This document shows, one piece after another, positions 1 to 13,147 of a DNA stretch of 64,000 nucleotides. Every line of letters begins with the position of its first letter. Within the stretch, counting starts at the first letter, position 1. A program made the translations under genes and the position numbers. Below the pieces are notes generated by a model, which was given only the letters and a program-made list of their open reading frames with translations, was not told the origin of the DNA and did no database searches. The stretch lies in assembly GCA_964016885.1 (NCBI GenBank), contig CAXHJY010001324.1, positions 1 to 64,000 on the forward strand. The letters run 5' to 3'. The stretch comes from Eledone cirrhosa (taxonomy: Eukaryota).

Positions 1-211
1 GCAGTTGGCTATTCGTATAACCTTCACTAATAATACGATGTTCAGTCAATTGCTTCAAGATGTAATCACAGTAAATTGTTATTATCATCATCATTAACAA
101 CAACAATTAATCTAAGCCATTTTTAAACAATTTGTCTATGAAAATAGCCAAAAGCAACAACTCCATACGAAATTACAAAAATAACAAATTGAGAACAACG
201 TGGTAATAGAA

Positions 212-270
<59 letters not shown>

Positions 271-936
271 TACACAGAGAGAGAGGGAGGAAGGAAATAT
301 TTCAATTTAAAAAGTTGTCTTGGTTTTCCTTTTATAATTATTTATACATTCATATATATAAATATATATCTGCCTACTCATATATAGGATATATATATAT
401 ATATATATATATATACACTCCAACACAAACAGACAGGCAAGGATATTGAGCTTGAGAGATTAATTTCATCAGCTGGAAGGTGTATTTAAATTAACTTACA
501 TCTTTCTTTCGAGTATCATCAGATTGCGTAAGTAATATGAAGAGAAATACAAGAAACTTATTGAATGTTAATCAACCATCAGCTGATCTATAATTGATCT
601 CTGAATTTCTTATTTCTCAATCTGTTCCTGTTTAGTTTTTTGTTGTTTATTTTCATTTAGCTTGCTGGATGATATTTTTGGCTTCTTCTTGTTTGATAGA
701 TAGCCATCAGCAAGTAACAGATTCCTTTTCTCACTTATATCTACACAAGAAAATGTCTAACATCTTGACCCATCACCACTCTTGACTTCTCGCTACCCTC
801 CATCTCTCTCTCTCTATATATATATATATATGTGTGTGTATGTATACATACATATATAAATATGTATGAATATATATATATTCACACCCACACACTCATA
901 TATATATATATATATATATATACGTGTGTATATATA

Positions 937-1043
937 TAGGAAAAGAGTCAAGACCCCGACAGCTGAGCTCCGGCCATTTCGACAGCTATCTCTATTACCC
1001 ACTCTACTGGTCCACCTGGTTCCTTACCACACTTCCTTCATTA
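937..1043 (+). mobile_element. Family P6 copy with one arm missing
   Basis: ggaaaagagtcaagaccccgac...tttcgacagctat joined directly to ctattacccactctact and the tail. Confidence 0.65.
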
Positions 1044-1867
1044 TATATATATGTTTGTATATATATATGCACACACATACATATACATGTATAAATATAT
1101 ATATATACACATATATACATAAATGTACATACACATACAAACATATTTATGACCTTTTTGTTTGTCATAGTTTCTTTTTCTTCCTAGCTCCTAAATCTTT
1201 CAGTGATTTTCATCTCTCCCTCTCCCTTACTCCCTCTCCCTCTCCCCCCTCTCTCTGTCTCCCTTTCTCCCTCATATTCACTATACATTTTCTAACTCAC
1301 CTCTATCTTCTCTTTTACTATCTACAATTTTTTTTTTCCTTTCTGATTTGCTAATCTTTTTTTCCTTCCACCATTCTAAGATTTCTCTCTTTACTTTCAT
1401 CATCACTTCCCCACCTCACTTCTCTCCATCTTTATTATGTTACATATATTTCCAAATCATCTCTATTATCTCAGACCTCTATACACTTGCTGAGGAGACA
1501 TAGCTCTACTCAAAACATAATTGTCACAAAAGAAATAATCATACTTCCTGCTTATATTAATATATGATGTGTACATATTATGTATGTGTGGGGGTTTATG
1601 TATGATATATATGTGTGTACAAGTGTGAGAAGGTACATTAGCAAACTGATGAAAATGAGTAGAAACGGATACTGCATTCAAGAAAGCCAAGATATTGGCA
1701 TGATGAACTTAGTGAAAATACTTAACTATATATATATATATATATATATCATTATTTGCTTGAGTGGGATTTCCTATTATGAAAGAATGAGCCTGCTATA
1801 TGTTAGCATAGAGCTAATTTATATATTCTCATACATGTTATAAGTAATACACTGACAAAACAAAAAA

Positions 1868-1985
1868 AACTGCCAGGTTTGTAGATATTATTGGTATTCA
1901 GAACTGATGATTGGCAATGTTATGTGGAAGCCCTAATAATGGAGAATTCATGCTTCTGCCAATAATATCTATGAAACTGGCAGTT
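1868..1985. repeat. Short diverged inverted repeat (P10)
   Basis: aactgccaggtttgtagatattattggta / tgccaataatatctatgaaactggcagtt. Confidence 0.5.
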
Positions 1986-2016
1986 GTTATTAAATGTATT
2001 ACTGAAACTGTGTGTG

Positions 2017-2047
<31 letters not shown>

Positions 2048-2145
2048 ATATATACATTTTATTAAGGCTAAATACATTTAAGTCTTAATAAAATGAATAT
2101 TAAAAGCTACTTTGGCCTTGAGTACTCCTTTCTCTTAGCCGTCAA

Positions 2146-2247
<102 letters not shown>

Positions 2248-2263
2248 GCACACACACGCGCGC

Positions 2264-2422
2264 ACACCAGAGTACTCGATACTTAGGGTAGTAGAGTGGG
2301 TAATAGGAAAAGAGTCAGGACCCCAATGGCTGAGCTAGATCTGAACATAGTTTGGAACTGCATTCGGATCTAGCTGTTGAAATGGCTAGAGCTCAGCTGT
2401 CGGTGTCCTGACTATTTTCCTA
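2264..2422 (-). mobile_element. Family P6 copy, diverged
   Basis: gtagagtgggtaataggaaaagagtcaggac ... gaaatggctagagctcagctgtcggtgtcctgactattttcc. Confidence 0.65.
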
Positions 2423-4568
2423 TATATATATATATACTTAAATGGATGCACATACTATGTTGAAAGAATTAAAGCCAGTTCTCCTCTTTTATGTGTTGGG
2501 GAGTGTAACATTTTCGCCTTTTCAGTCTGAATGAAGCTTTGTAAATAAATCAAGGTCACTGGACTTTCTCACAGAATCAAATAAAAACAATGCTAAATTA
2601 AAAAAAACTGTTGATTATCAATAAAAGTATTACATCCTATTACCCCATCAGGATTGTTTACAGATCATGACCCATATATTTCATCTTTAACCAGCCACTC
2701 TATTAATGGTAAACACAGGGAAAAAAATATTTCTCCATGAGTAGAAACATAATGGAATTGCTCTGCCCAGTTTCATTTCTATTTGGAAATTTATCAGTGA
2801 GCAACAGCAGCTATATTCTGTGTACGGGGATACTGCTAGCTATTTACATAAAAAATAAACATTACTGAGTTGAAATGACCAATATAATTCGTTTAGCTGT
2901 ATATTTTTAGATTATGTGGTTCATTGGTTCATTTATGACCAACACAGCATATACTCGATAATCTGACATTTTTAATGTAAGAAAACCTCAGCCATGTGCC
3001 TGAAATAGAAACCTTTGTTTATTCAAAATAATATATTGTATACAAAAACGTACACAATTTCACTTACCATGCACTGATGAGATATTCACAGGCTGGTGGG
3101 TGGTTTATTGTGTTGCTAGTAAGAAAATGGGTCTCTCTTTATTTTTTATATATATATATAAACAAAATATAAATTATATTTCACATATCTATTTAAAATA
3201 TATTTCCATATTTTATAATCTTTGTTTTTACAAATAATTTCAATTTTCATATGCCATATAAGTGTACTAAAATGTTATAATTATAAATTTCATTTCAAAA
3301 TAATTATTAGACATTAGACAAAATAATTATTAGATATTTTTAAAGAAAAAAATACCATTATGGACATTTTTACAGTAAAAGTAACATCTGCTTTATCTTA
3401 AAGTTTATTTTGCATTTCAATTTATTTCCATTTAACATATTTTAAATATGTTTATTTCTATTTATCCAATACACCATTATTAGATTTTCTATCTGATATT
3501 TAAAAAAATATATTGTAATATTTCTTTATTTAATGTCCACATACTTCATATTGTTACATTAACAAAGTATCTGTTTTTGTTTAGCTCTGCAATGTAATAT
3601 ATTTTTGCTTATAATTCTGTAATTCCTTCTAGTTTTTCTTTCAATTTGTCAATCTTCCATTTTTAATTAAATTCAAACAAACACACACACATGCATTAAA
3701 AAAATTCCATAATTATTTATTGTACTTTTGTTTTGAAGGAGCTCAAAGTAGCTTCTTGATAAACAAAAGTTATAATTTCGTTTATTGTCATCTGTATTAG
3801 GTTGTATTTTTTCTTCATAATTTCATTATTCCATTTATTTTTGCAATCTATCGATTATCGTTTAGAGCTAATTGTAGAATATTCCAATTATTCTTTATCG
3901 TGCAAGAAATGCCAACTTTTTAACAACATTTCTTATAATGCAATTGCTGAATTAATGTAGCTTCTTCATCAAGTGTGAAAATTAAAAGAAATAGAAATGA
4001 CAAAGAATAATGTTTGTCCACTCTAAACCATTTGTTGCATACAGGAAAAGAAATAATCACGTGTTTTGTCCAATGTTGATAAAAATGTGTTCTCACACTG
4101 TTGGCTACAAACAAAGATCACACAAAAACATTTTTGAAACTTTCAATATAGTGTTTGCTTTTGTTTCATTATTAAGTATGTGTAATGGCCATCTGTGGCA
4201 TCTGATGAGCTGGAAGTTAATAATTAATCACTCCATGTTGCATCATGTTGCCTTTGTATATAAGCAGTGAACACTTTTCACTGAATATAAAACATATCTT
4301 ATAGAACAGTAATTAAAGAATATACATAAAATCTGTTTCTAATTTTCGAATTTAGGCACAAGGTCAGCAAATTGGTGGGAGTGAGAGAAAGTATATTAAA
4401 TTGACATCAGTATTTGTCAGCTACTTATTTTATTCATCTTGGAAGGATTAAAGGCAAAGTTGACATAATCCAGATTTGAATTCATGACACCTAATGCTGT
4501 AACTAAATATTATATGGCATTTTGTCTGAAGCTCAACTGATTCTGCCATTTCACTACTTTACAGAATA

Positions 4569-5063
4569 CTAGCAGAAAAACCACCCTACGGGTGGTTTTC
4601 AGCTAGCATGTGTAGTGTGTATATTGATATTATACACAAATATTTATGCATGTAAATATGATACATCAAATAAAATTGTAATTGAAAATATACACAGAAA
4701 TTGAACAAAGCCTATGTTACACTGTCTTCTGTAATCAGTAATCCATGATATATTAAAAAAAAAGACGACATTATATATAAACTGCATTAGGAGAAAATTA
4801 GCGACGGAAATATATGCGATTAGAAGTGTTATAATATAACGGTCGCTAACCGGAAGTGTTGACATTTGATAATTTTAAAGAAGTGAATTTTAAAGATTAA
4901 GCTATAAAATATATTTAATCAACAACCACGAAATTTAGCACATAAATTATGTAATATTCATTCATTAATTATTCAAAGTAATGCAACTTATTTTACAAAT
5001 GGGGTAAACAAATATATTCTGGACGCAATCCCGCAGACCTTCCTTTATTATAGTTAAGAGAGA
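4569..5063 (-). mobile_element. Non-autonomous Helitron (about 495 bp)
   Basis: Minus strand begins TC (tctctcttaactataataaag) and ends CTAG; subterminal hairpin aaaaccaccc/gggtggtttt at 4577-4599; inserted between A and T. Confidence 0.75.
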
Positions 5064-5886
5064 TAATAATGGTTTCTAATTTAGATACAAGGACAGCAAA
5101 TTTGGGTAGGAGACAAAGATAGGAAGTCAATTAAATTGACCCATACTTAACAGGTACATTATTTCATCGACTTCGGAAAGATGAAATGCAAAGTTGACCT
5201 TGGCAGGATCTGAACTCAAAACGTAAAGAGCGGTAACAAATACAACGAGCCATTTGGAGACTGAGAAATAATCAGTTAGTTTGTAATACTGTGATAAAAT
5301 TCAAGTACATCAATAGCACTAATAGTAATTTTGATAGAGAAAAGAAATAGAAAAGGTAGTTTTGTTTTTGTTTCCAAATGAATCCTCTGGTTTTGTTTTG
5401 ATTTTTTCCATGTATGTTTACAGGATAGAACTGAGGAAAATAGGACTGGCAAAAAGAAAAACAGAATGTTAATTGTTCTTTAAAATATTCTTTGATAAAA
5501 AAAAAAATGGACATTTCTTTAATGTTTAAAAATCGATTTTTGTATTGTTGTCAAATGTTTTTCTTCGATAATAAAGATAATAATAATAACAATAATAATG
5601 ATAATAAATATCTAGTTTTACAATCACAATAATTGTGAAAGTTGTATGAGTATTTTAGTGATGTCTGTTGTGTTTTTGGGAAAAAAACAATTCATTAAAA
5701 GACAAAAATTGAAATTTGTTAAAGAAGAGATATCTAACATTTCATGAAAACAACACACACATATTGTTACGAAATTCTCAGAAATTATTTCTCTTAGTTT
5801 GCTTTTTATCTTCAAAACAAACATTTTACTTGTACTACCTAAAGTTCTCTGTAAATTTCTACATATACATATTCATTCGCACACAC

Positions 5887-5924
<38 letters not shown>

Positions 5925-5927
5925 ATG

Positions 5928-6108
5928 AATTCATTTATTATGGCTAAATAGTGAGTCTTCTTAATCAAGAGTTTCACGTACTTGCTCGCAGGGTCATCAG
6001 GCAAGCAGGAGAAATTCCAGAATAACAAGACTCACAAATTACCCGTAATAAATGAATATTTAAACTCTATTTTGGTATTGAGTACTCTCTTCTCTTTCCC
6101 ATCAAGTA
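5928..6108. mobile_element. Old fold-back element family P7 with decayed hammerhead
   Basis: Diverged arms attcatttattatggctaaatagtgagtctt / aagactcacaaattacccgtaataaatgaat; minus-strand CTGATGA...GAAA; related tails at about 2056-2147 and 37135-37230. Confidence 0.5.
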
Positions 6109-7430
6109 CATACGGACACACACACACAAATATATATATATAAATATATATATATACACATGTGTGTGTATGTGTATTTTTTTAATTATTGCTTTAGCTT
6201 TCATTTGGTGTCAGTGTATAATGGTAATACTATATCTTAGAATAAGGATTGTTCTAACAAAGTGCCTCTCAGCATCTTTGACTTAAGCCATTCTGTGACT
6301 TACGTCATTCTATCAAGTGATTCCTAGACATTGACATTTGAAACTTGATCTCATTTCAACTGAAAATGTCTTCTTAGATGACATTAACTACTTTCAAATG
6401 GTTCATTTACATTCATCTCGGATCTTCTCGTGTCTCTCATTGATACGTCAAATTACAATGACGGACATTAATGATATATATTCATGAAAGATAAATTTGA
6501 ATGAGATCTCCCACCAAGTACAGAGTTCTTCCAAAGCAACTTAGAAGTATAGTATATAACAGAATCTATAAGCTCTTGGATGTAATGTCTTGCAGGGTTA
6601 ACTCTGACTTTGAGTGAGTGATGAATTATTGTTTCCCTTCTGTTTTTCCATGCTTGCTCGGGTTAGATTCTGCTCAGAGAACAACAATATTTCATTAGCA
6701 TTGATCGATTAAGACCACAATACTACCACCTGGTTGGTAATCCAGCCCAACAGAGAGCTAACTTATAGCTGCTGCTGGTACTTATTTTTATCTGAGTGAA
6801 CAGGAGCAACATGAAGTAGAGTAACTAATTCGATAGAATACATGCCAGGATGATTTAAATACGTAGTTCTTTGCTTAATTTTGAAATCAATATTCTATTC
6901 AATAAATCAACCATGTTTCACTCACTGTTAGGCTAAGTTCATTCCCTTTCACATCTAATATTCGGTTTCAGGTTCTTGATTTCACATTTCTATACTAATT
7001 TCAGTCCTTCTTGGTTACTTCCAGACGTTGGTTCATATACTTGGTTGTAGAGTATTAGCCTGTGTGACACAGAGTTGTCTTCCCTGATGTTAAGTGTTGC
7101 ACTTTTAACCTGGTTCTCAATACAACTGATCAAACAGGAATGAACCTTAAAGATATTGTGATATATTGTAGGAGTCATTTGAAGTGTTTGGTGGTACAGA
7201 TTGGCATCGTTTAAGTCAATACCCATTAAATGACTAATATGGAAAGATAAGTACAGTTAAGCTCAGCAGAAAGTGAATTTGATACATGAAAAGCCAGAAT
7301 GAATCTCACAAGGAATAAATGTTCAATGTTCTATCATATTTTTAGTAGTCAGTTGGACAAAAACCTTATACTGTGGCATTTCGTCCTTGTGACAAATGTC
7401 CAAGTATTCTGAATGTATAATATATATTAA

Positions 7431-7570
7431 GGTGGTGAATTGGAAGTCATTAGAACGTCAGATAGAAAGCTTCATGGTATTCATTCTGGCTCTTTGTTCA
7501 CTGAGTTAAATCCCGCCAAGGTCAACTTTGCCTTTCATCCTTTTGAGGTTGATAAAAAAAGTACCAGTCT
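7431..7570 (+). mobile_element. Older S1-related SINE (other worn copies at about 4345-4550, 5070-5250, 8880-9090, 36535-36720)
   Basis: ctgagttaaatcccgccaaggtcaactttgcctttcatcc. Confidence 0.65.
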
Positions 7571-9120
7571 AGTACAGGGATTGATTCTTCCTCTCTCTGG
7601 AAGAAATCTCTGCACTCAGGCCTGGAGCAGGGTGGGCTCTGCCAGTCTTAAAGTGTCCAAGAAATGCTTTGTCTCTACAGCACCCCTACAACTCCATCAG
7701 GAGTTACAGGACTATACCATACCACATCATAATATATACTATTAGCAATTACTACATTATTTTAGGCCACTAATATTTTATGTTTACATAAATTTCATGT
7801 GTACACATTAATTTTGTTTGTGTGCTGGCTGCATAATGTGTTTTCTCATACACATGTTCACAGCTTGGAGGGAACTGTCATCCACTACATTTAAATCAAT
7901 ATTTAACACATTAATGCATTCTAAATCTTATTTCATTAACTCTCATAAAAAGATTTTATCTAATGTTCATGATTTTGCTGCTTTGCAACTTGCATGAAAT
8001 TAATTTAAGTTCTTTACTTAGGATTTCCTCCTACTTCCCACATATTCAAAGGTCCATTCCAACTCTAAAATCTGAGCTACAAACGTAAATAAAATGTTTG
8101 ATCTACTGTGTATTTTTTTAAGGCATTGAATGTAGAGCATGACTTCTAAGCTGGTATTAATTTTCATCTCTGATCTATTTATCTAGCTACCTCTCTACTG
8201 AATAGTAATTTTATGAAACAGAATTAATTCTATTTTACACAGATAATCATTCATCAAAAGTCTCATTAATATTAGAGAAAATATCAATGGTGGCTCATTA
8301 AGAAAATTTCTCTGCAATCATCATCAGCTATAGAAACACAACTACTAAATATATGCTAAGAGAAGGTTAAGCAAACATGATAGAATTAAAACTGGGGTTG
8401 AGAGAGGATTTAAATATGGGGTAAGCAAAAACAAAATAGATACCCGAATTTTAGAATGAGAGTAAGATAATTGCTTGTACCTTTATTCATCATTATCATA
8501 GGGCTAAATTCATTGCACAAAAAATGTAGTCGGATAAACAGTATTTTACTGGAGGTGTTAAAAAATGTTAAAATCTCTCCCAAGCAGGGGACCCATCACG
8601 TTCGTGTTTATCCCACCTTCAGAAGCATTAAGCGATTGAGAGTACGACACTTTACACTGAACATGATGGCTTTCCATCGCAAGGTTAACTTCCTAGTTAA
8701 TGCTGCTGCTCATTCTCTGCTGAGTGAATTGGAGCAACATGAAATGAAGCGTTTTGATCAAGAACACAACACACCACCCATTTCAGGAATCTAACTTATG
8801 ATAGTATGGTTGTATGCCTAAAAACCTAACCACTAGGCTACATGCCTTCAATTGAGGTAGCAGCTGCTCATGTATTAGAGTAGTGGATTATCAGAATCGT
8901 TAGGACTTAGGACAGACATCTGATGTTATTTAGTTTCAGCGTTTCCTATTCGTAGTTCAATTGCCCCTGAGTTCAAATTTACCTTTTACCCTTCAGGGTT
9001 TAATAAATTAAAGAACAAGTTATTACTAGTGTTGGCTAAATCAACTTCTTCCCCCACACACAATTTGTTGGCCTTGTTCTTAGATTTAGACACAAGGTCA
9101 GTATTATTAAACTGGTGGAT

Positions 9121-9192
9121 TCACAGAAAGATCATCAAACTGTACTAGCAGTTAGCTCACAGAAAGATCATCAAACTGTACTAGCAGTTAGC
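9121..9192. repeat. Perfect 36-bp tandem duplication
   Basis: tcacagaaagatcatcaaactgtactagcagttagc x2. Confidence 0.9.
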
Positions 9193-9482
9193 TATGTCTC
9201 CTAATATTCTGAGTTCAAATCATGCTTAAGGTCAATAAAATACCGAAAGTAGAATCTTAACCCTACAAGTTTTTGTTTTTTGTTTTACTAACATAGAACC
9301 TTGGTTGTTTATTAGCATTCAGGATTTTACATTTTTCATTTTATATTTATTGTTTACATTTCACAGTGAGGCTTTCAGTTTAAAACTTACATTAAAATAT
9401 TCAATATGCATGTTCACATGCATGTATGTATATCTATGTATGCACATACAAGCATGCATAAATATATATATATATATATATA

Positions 9483-9786
9483 TGCCTTGCAATCGAAAGG
9501 TTGTGAGTTCAATTCTCAGACCAGGTGATGTGTTGTTTCCTTGAGCAAGACATGTTATTTCACATTGCTCCAGTTTACTCAGCTGTAGAAATGAAATGAT
9601 AGGGACTGGGGTCCCTATCATTCCACTGCAAAGTGGTCGTGTAGGCGCCACAGAAAAAAAAAGCAGCCAGCACTCACTGTAAATGAGGTTGGTGTTAGGA
9701 AGGGCATCCAGCTGTAGAAATCAAGCCAGAATCGGTTCCCGTCCCACCTTGCAAGCAGGGAAAAGTGGACGTAAAATGAAATGATG

Positions 9787-9825
<39 letters not shown>

Positions 9826-9870
9826 TACCCATGCTAGCATGGAAGATAGACGTTAAACGTTGATGATGGT
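9483..9870 (+). mobile_element. SINE fragments: S2-like head plus a segment with ggttggtgttaggaagggcatccagctgtagaaa and an RTE-type tail
   Basis: Related minus copy at about 11690-11825; tail shared with the RTE end at 13095-13147. Confidence 0.6.
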
Positions 9871-9889
9871 ATATATATATATATATATA

Positions 9890-10108
9890 GGAGTCGATCG
9901 ACTTTCGTCAAATCGGACCGAGGGAACAATGTTTCCGTCGGTCTTTCCAATTGCTAATACTATCTATCGGTCGCAACTCCAGGTAGAAGGAGCAACGTGA
10001 AATAAAGTGTCTTGCCCAAGGACATAACGCATCACCTGGTCCAGGAATCGAACTCACAACCTTATGATTGCGAATCCAATTCTCTAACCACTCAGCCACA
10101 CGCCTTCA
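9890..10108 (-). mobile_element. tRNA-derived SINE family S2 (CORE/V-like central segment)
   Basis: Minus-strand A-box tggctgagtgg, B-box gagttcgattcc, then gtccttgggcaagacactttatttcac; second copy at 58139-58357. Confidence 0.8.
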
Positions 10109-12122
10109 CCATATATATATATATATATATGATGTATATGAACACTAGCAGCAGAATGTCGTTAGTTAATCTAAATAAGATAATCACTGAGATTGCAGGA
10201 GAGTGTGTCTGTTCTTGACTACATGTACTCTTAAAACCATTAGCAAAAGCATAGTACAGGCTAATACTAAGTCTTATTCTATTGCCAGTTACAACTACAT
10301 TCACAATGTGAAGTGGAATTGACTTCTATATTTAACGGGCCAAGCAGCACTGCGTTATAGTTATTAAATATGATGTTTGATATAAAAATTATATATACTT
10401 GCATGTTAAGTAAGAAGTATTAATAAACTTAGGCATGACCAGGTATTGCCGCTGATCTGCAATAAATCTTCAATAGCAAATGGCAACATACTAATTTCCC
10501 TACAGGAGATAAAGCCAAGAAGAACTTGAAACGTTAATGAATTTTAGGTTGCTAAATGGAATATTGAGAATTCTTAAAGAAATTTGTAAAATCTTTAATT
10601 AAAACAACTGCGCAATCTTATTTTGTTTGATATGTCATGGATACAGACAGGAAATTAAAATCAGGCAGTTATTGTTGTTGTTAATCCATGTCAGCCCTTC
10701 TTGAGCAGACCTATGATCAAAGGCGTTCCAGTCATAACTGTATTTGTTCTTCTTCAGACATAGTGTATTTATCCAATGTGTGTTCCTTTTTGTTTTATAT
10801 GTTAGGGTGTGATTTCATGAAGTTTGCTTTGGTATTTCCAGGTTGTTGCATTGCCTCGTAAATTATGTTGTGAATGAATATGGTTAATAGAATGTTGAAC
10901 ATTAATGGTTGGAATTAAATTAAGCATTTCGAGTTGACATTTCATTCAGCAGAGGAAATTGGCGAAAATGAAGAATCGTAATTCTAAAGGGGACTATTCA
11001 CGATTTGAATAAAATACTCTGTTGGCTTTGCATTATTGCATTATAAATGCCCTTATTTCTTTGTCTTAAGTCATTGAACTATAAATAATCTATTTAGAAG
11101 AATTGGGAAATTTATGATGATTGGTACCCTTTATGTAATTCTTGGGCAAAGTCAGCATGACATAGTATGTGACATGACTGAACATCTTGAATTAAAGGCA
11201 CAATCCATCTAACAGGTAGCCACATAGTTTCTCTCTACCAGGTTTCACTTTCAAGGTTTGGGTGGACCCAAATATATGGTAATATACAAGTGCCTATACT
11301 GATTCAAAGTGAACTGCTTAATCACTTGCATCCAGCATGGGATTTACAGATAATTATAGATGCAGTAGTTGTAATATCACAGATAAACATCTTATTGTTA
11401 TACTGTCCTTATATATTCAGTGTGTGTTAAGTCTTCTAAATTCTTGATATCATCCATCAAACAATTATTTTCTTTCCTTTCTCTCTCCCTCGCTCCCATT
11501 TTGCTTTCTATTAAGTTTCAGTGATCCATTTTTCTCGAAACAAGAGACTCTGCCATGTTGCCCCCATGGAGTGTTTTGTACTCTTAGTATCACTGACAAC
11601 CATAATATGTATTATTATTTTATACCCACTCTCTATGTTGGCATTGGTTGGACAAGACATAGTTTGAGACCGGATGTTCTGGCCTGCTTTCCATGTTGGC
11701 ATAGGTGGGAGGAGAACCACAGTTTGAGACTTGATAGTTTGAATAACCTGCCTTGTTCATATGATTCATATTTTGGTACTGTTTCTACAGCTGGATACCC
11801 TTCTTAATGCTAACCACTTTGCAGGTTGTATTAGGAATATTTTGACTTGGCACCAACTTTAGTTAGTAATATAGTGAAAAGATAATCATTGTGTTGTCAT
11901 CTATAATTTTTCTATATAGTTTTGTTTGTGTTGTGTAATATGATATGATATGATGAAATGGGATTTGGCTTTTTGAAAAGAATTCTGTGGTTAATATTTA
12001 GAAAAACCAGCCTGAAGGCATGTGGAAGCCAAAGAGTCATGCAGGAAACAGAGACAGAATATCATTCCCGAGATTTGTCCAACAATGAATGGATCGTCAA
12101 TAAAAACAAACAAAAACAATGA

Positions 12123-12176
12123 AAACCTCATCTCATTTAGAAACCTCATCTCATTTAGAAACCTCATCTCATTTAG
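12123..12176. repeat. 18-bp tandem repeat x3
   Basis: aaacctcatctcatttag x3. Confidence 0.9.
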
Positions 12177-12372
12177 AATATCAAAGATTTTGACCTCGCA
12201 TTTAAAATTTCACTATCAGTGGAGAAGCTGCAGCCTCTTGAAAGATAGTTGGATTTTTGCATTAAAATTAAATTTCTGTTAACACAGTGTTATCATCTCT
12301 CTCTCTCTCTCTCTCTCATAATAATATATAAGGGAACAAAAAATCAGTGTTACATCATATATATATTTAGAT

Positions 12373-12464
12373 ACATATTACATATGTTTCAGTGCCGATC
12401 AGCTTGAGGAACGATTGATTAATGATTGATCCTGACTCTGGAATCAGAAGCTCCTCAGATATGT
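12373..12464 (-). ncRNA. Partly decayed type-I hammerhead ribozyme
   Basis: Minus strand acatat-CTGAGGA-...-GAAA-catatg-TA-atatgt; palindromic stem III; base of stem II mismatched. Confidence 0.62.
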
Positions 12465-12954
12465 GTTTACATGTAGACTTGTGCCCTAGAGTGGTTAGAT
12501 AGTTATCCTGGGTCATTAATTTAGGCTGCCATACACTCTGCTAAAGGAATGTGTCATCGTCGTATTCATCCTGTTAAATTGTATTTGGTCAAATCTCAGT
12601 TGGGAGGTGATCTAGAATACAGCAGCTATACCTGCCATTTCTTGGTCAAGAAGGCATTATTAATACTCTGCTCCCTATGAGCATTGTGTGCTCATCTTGG
12701 CATGCTGCCTATGGACACAATTAATTTGCACCTCTAATACCTATATATATATATATAATATGTATCTGTCAGCTGTTAGAAGTTTAGTTTGTTCTCTTCT
12801 TTCTTACTTAAATATTTATGATTAACATTTCATAATATACATATGTACAATATTCTAGAAATTTGAAATTTTCTTCAAAGAACCTTATTAGTTAATACAT
12901 AATTTAATGTGATGTTCAAATATATATGAAGCTATAGTCGAAATATATAATCTC

Positions 12955-13147
12955 AGTGGAATGAAGACACAGTAAAGGAAGACCACAAAGAACATAGGTG
13001 GAGGTGGTGAGAGCTGACCTCAGATTGCTGAAGCTTAACAGATGAGATGACAATGGACTATGACAAATAGAGAGTTGCTGTGCTGAAGAGGACCCGGCCC
13101 ACCCTTGCAAGCAGGAAAAAGCAAATGTAAAAGGCTGCTGATGATAA
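12955..13147 (+). pseudogene. Decayed RTE-like LINE 3' end
   Basis: KGRPQRT*VEVVRADLRLLKL followed by tail cccacccttgcaagcaggaaaaag...tgatga. Confidence 0.55.
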
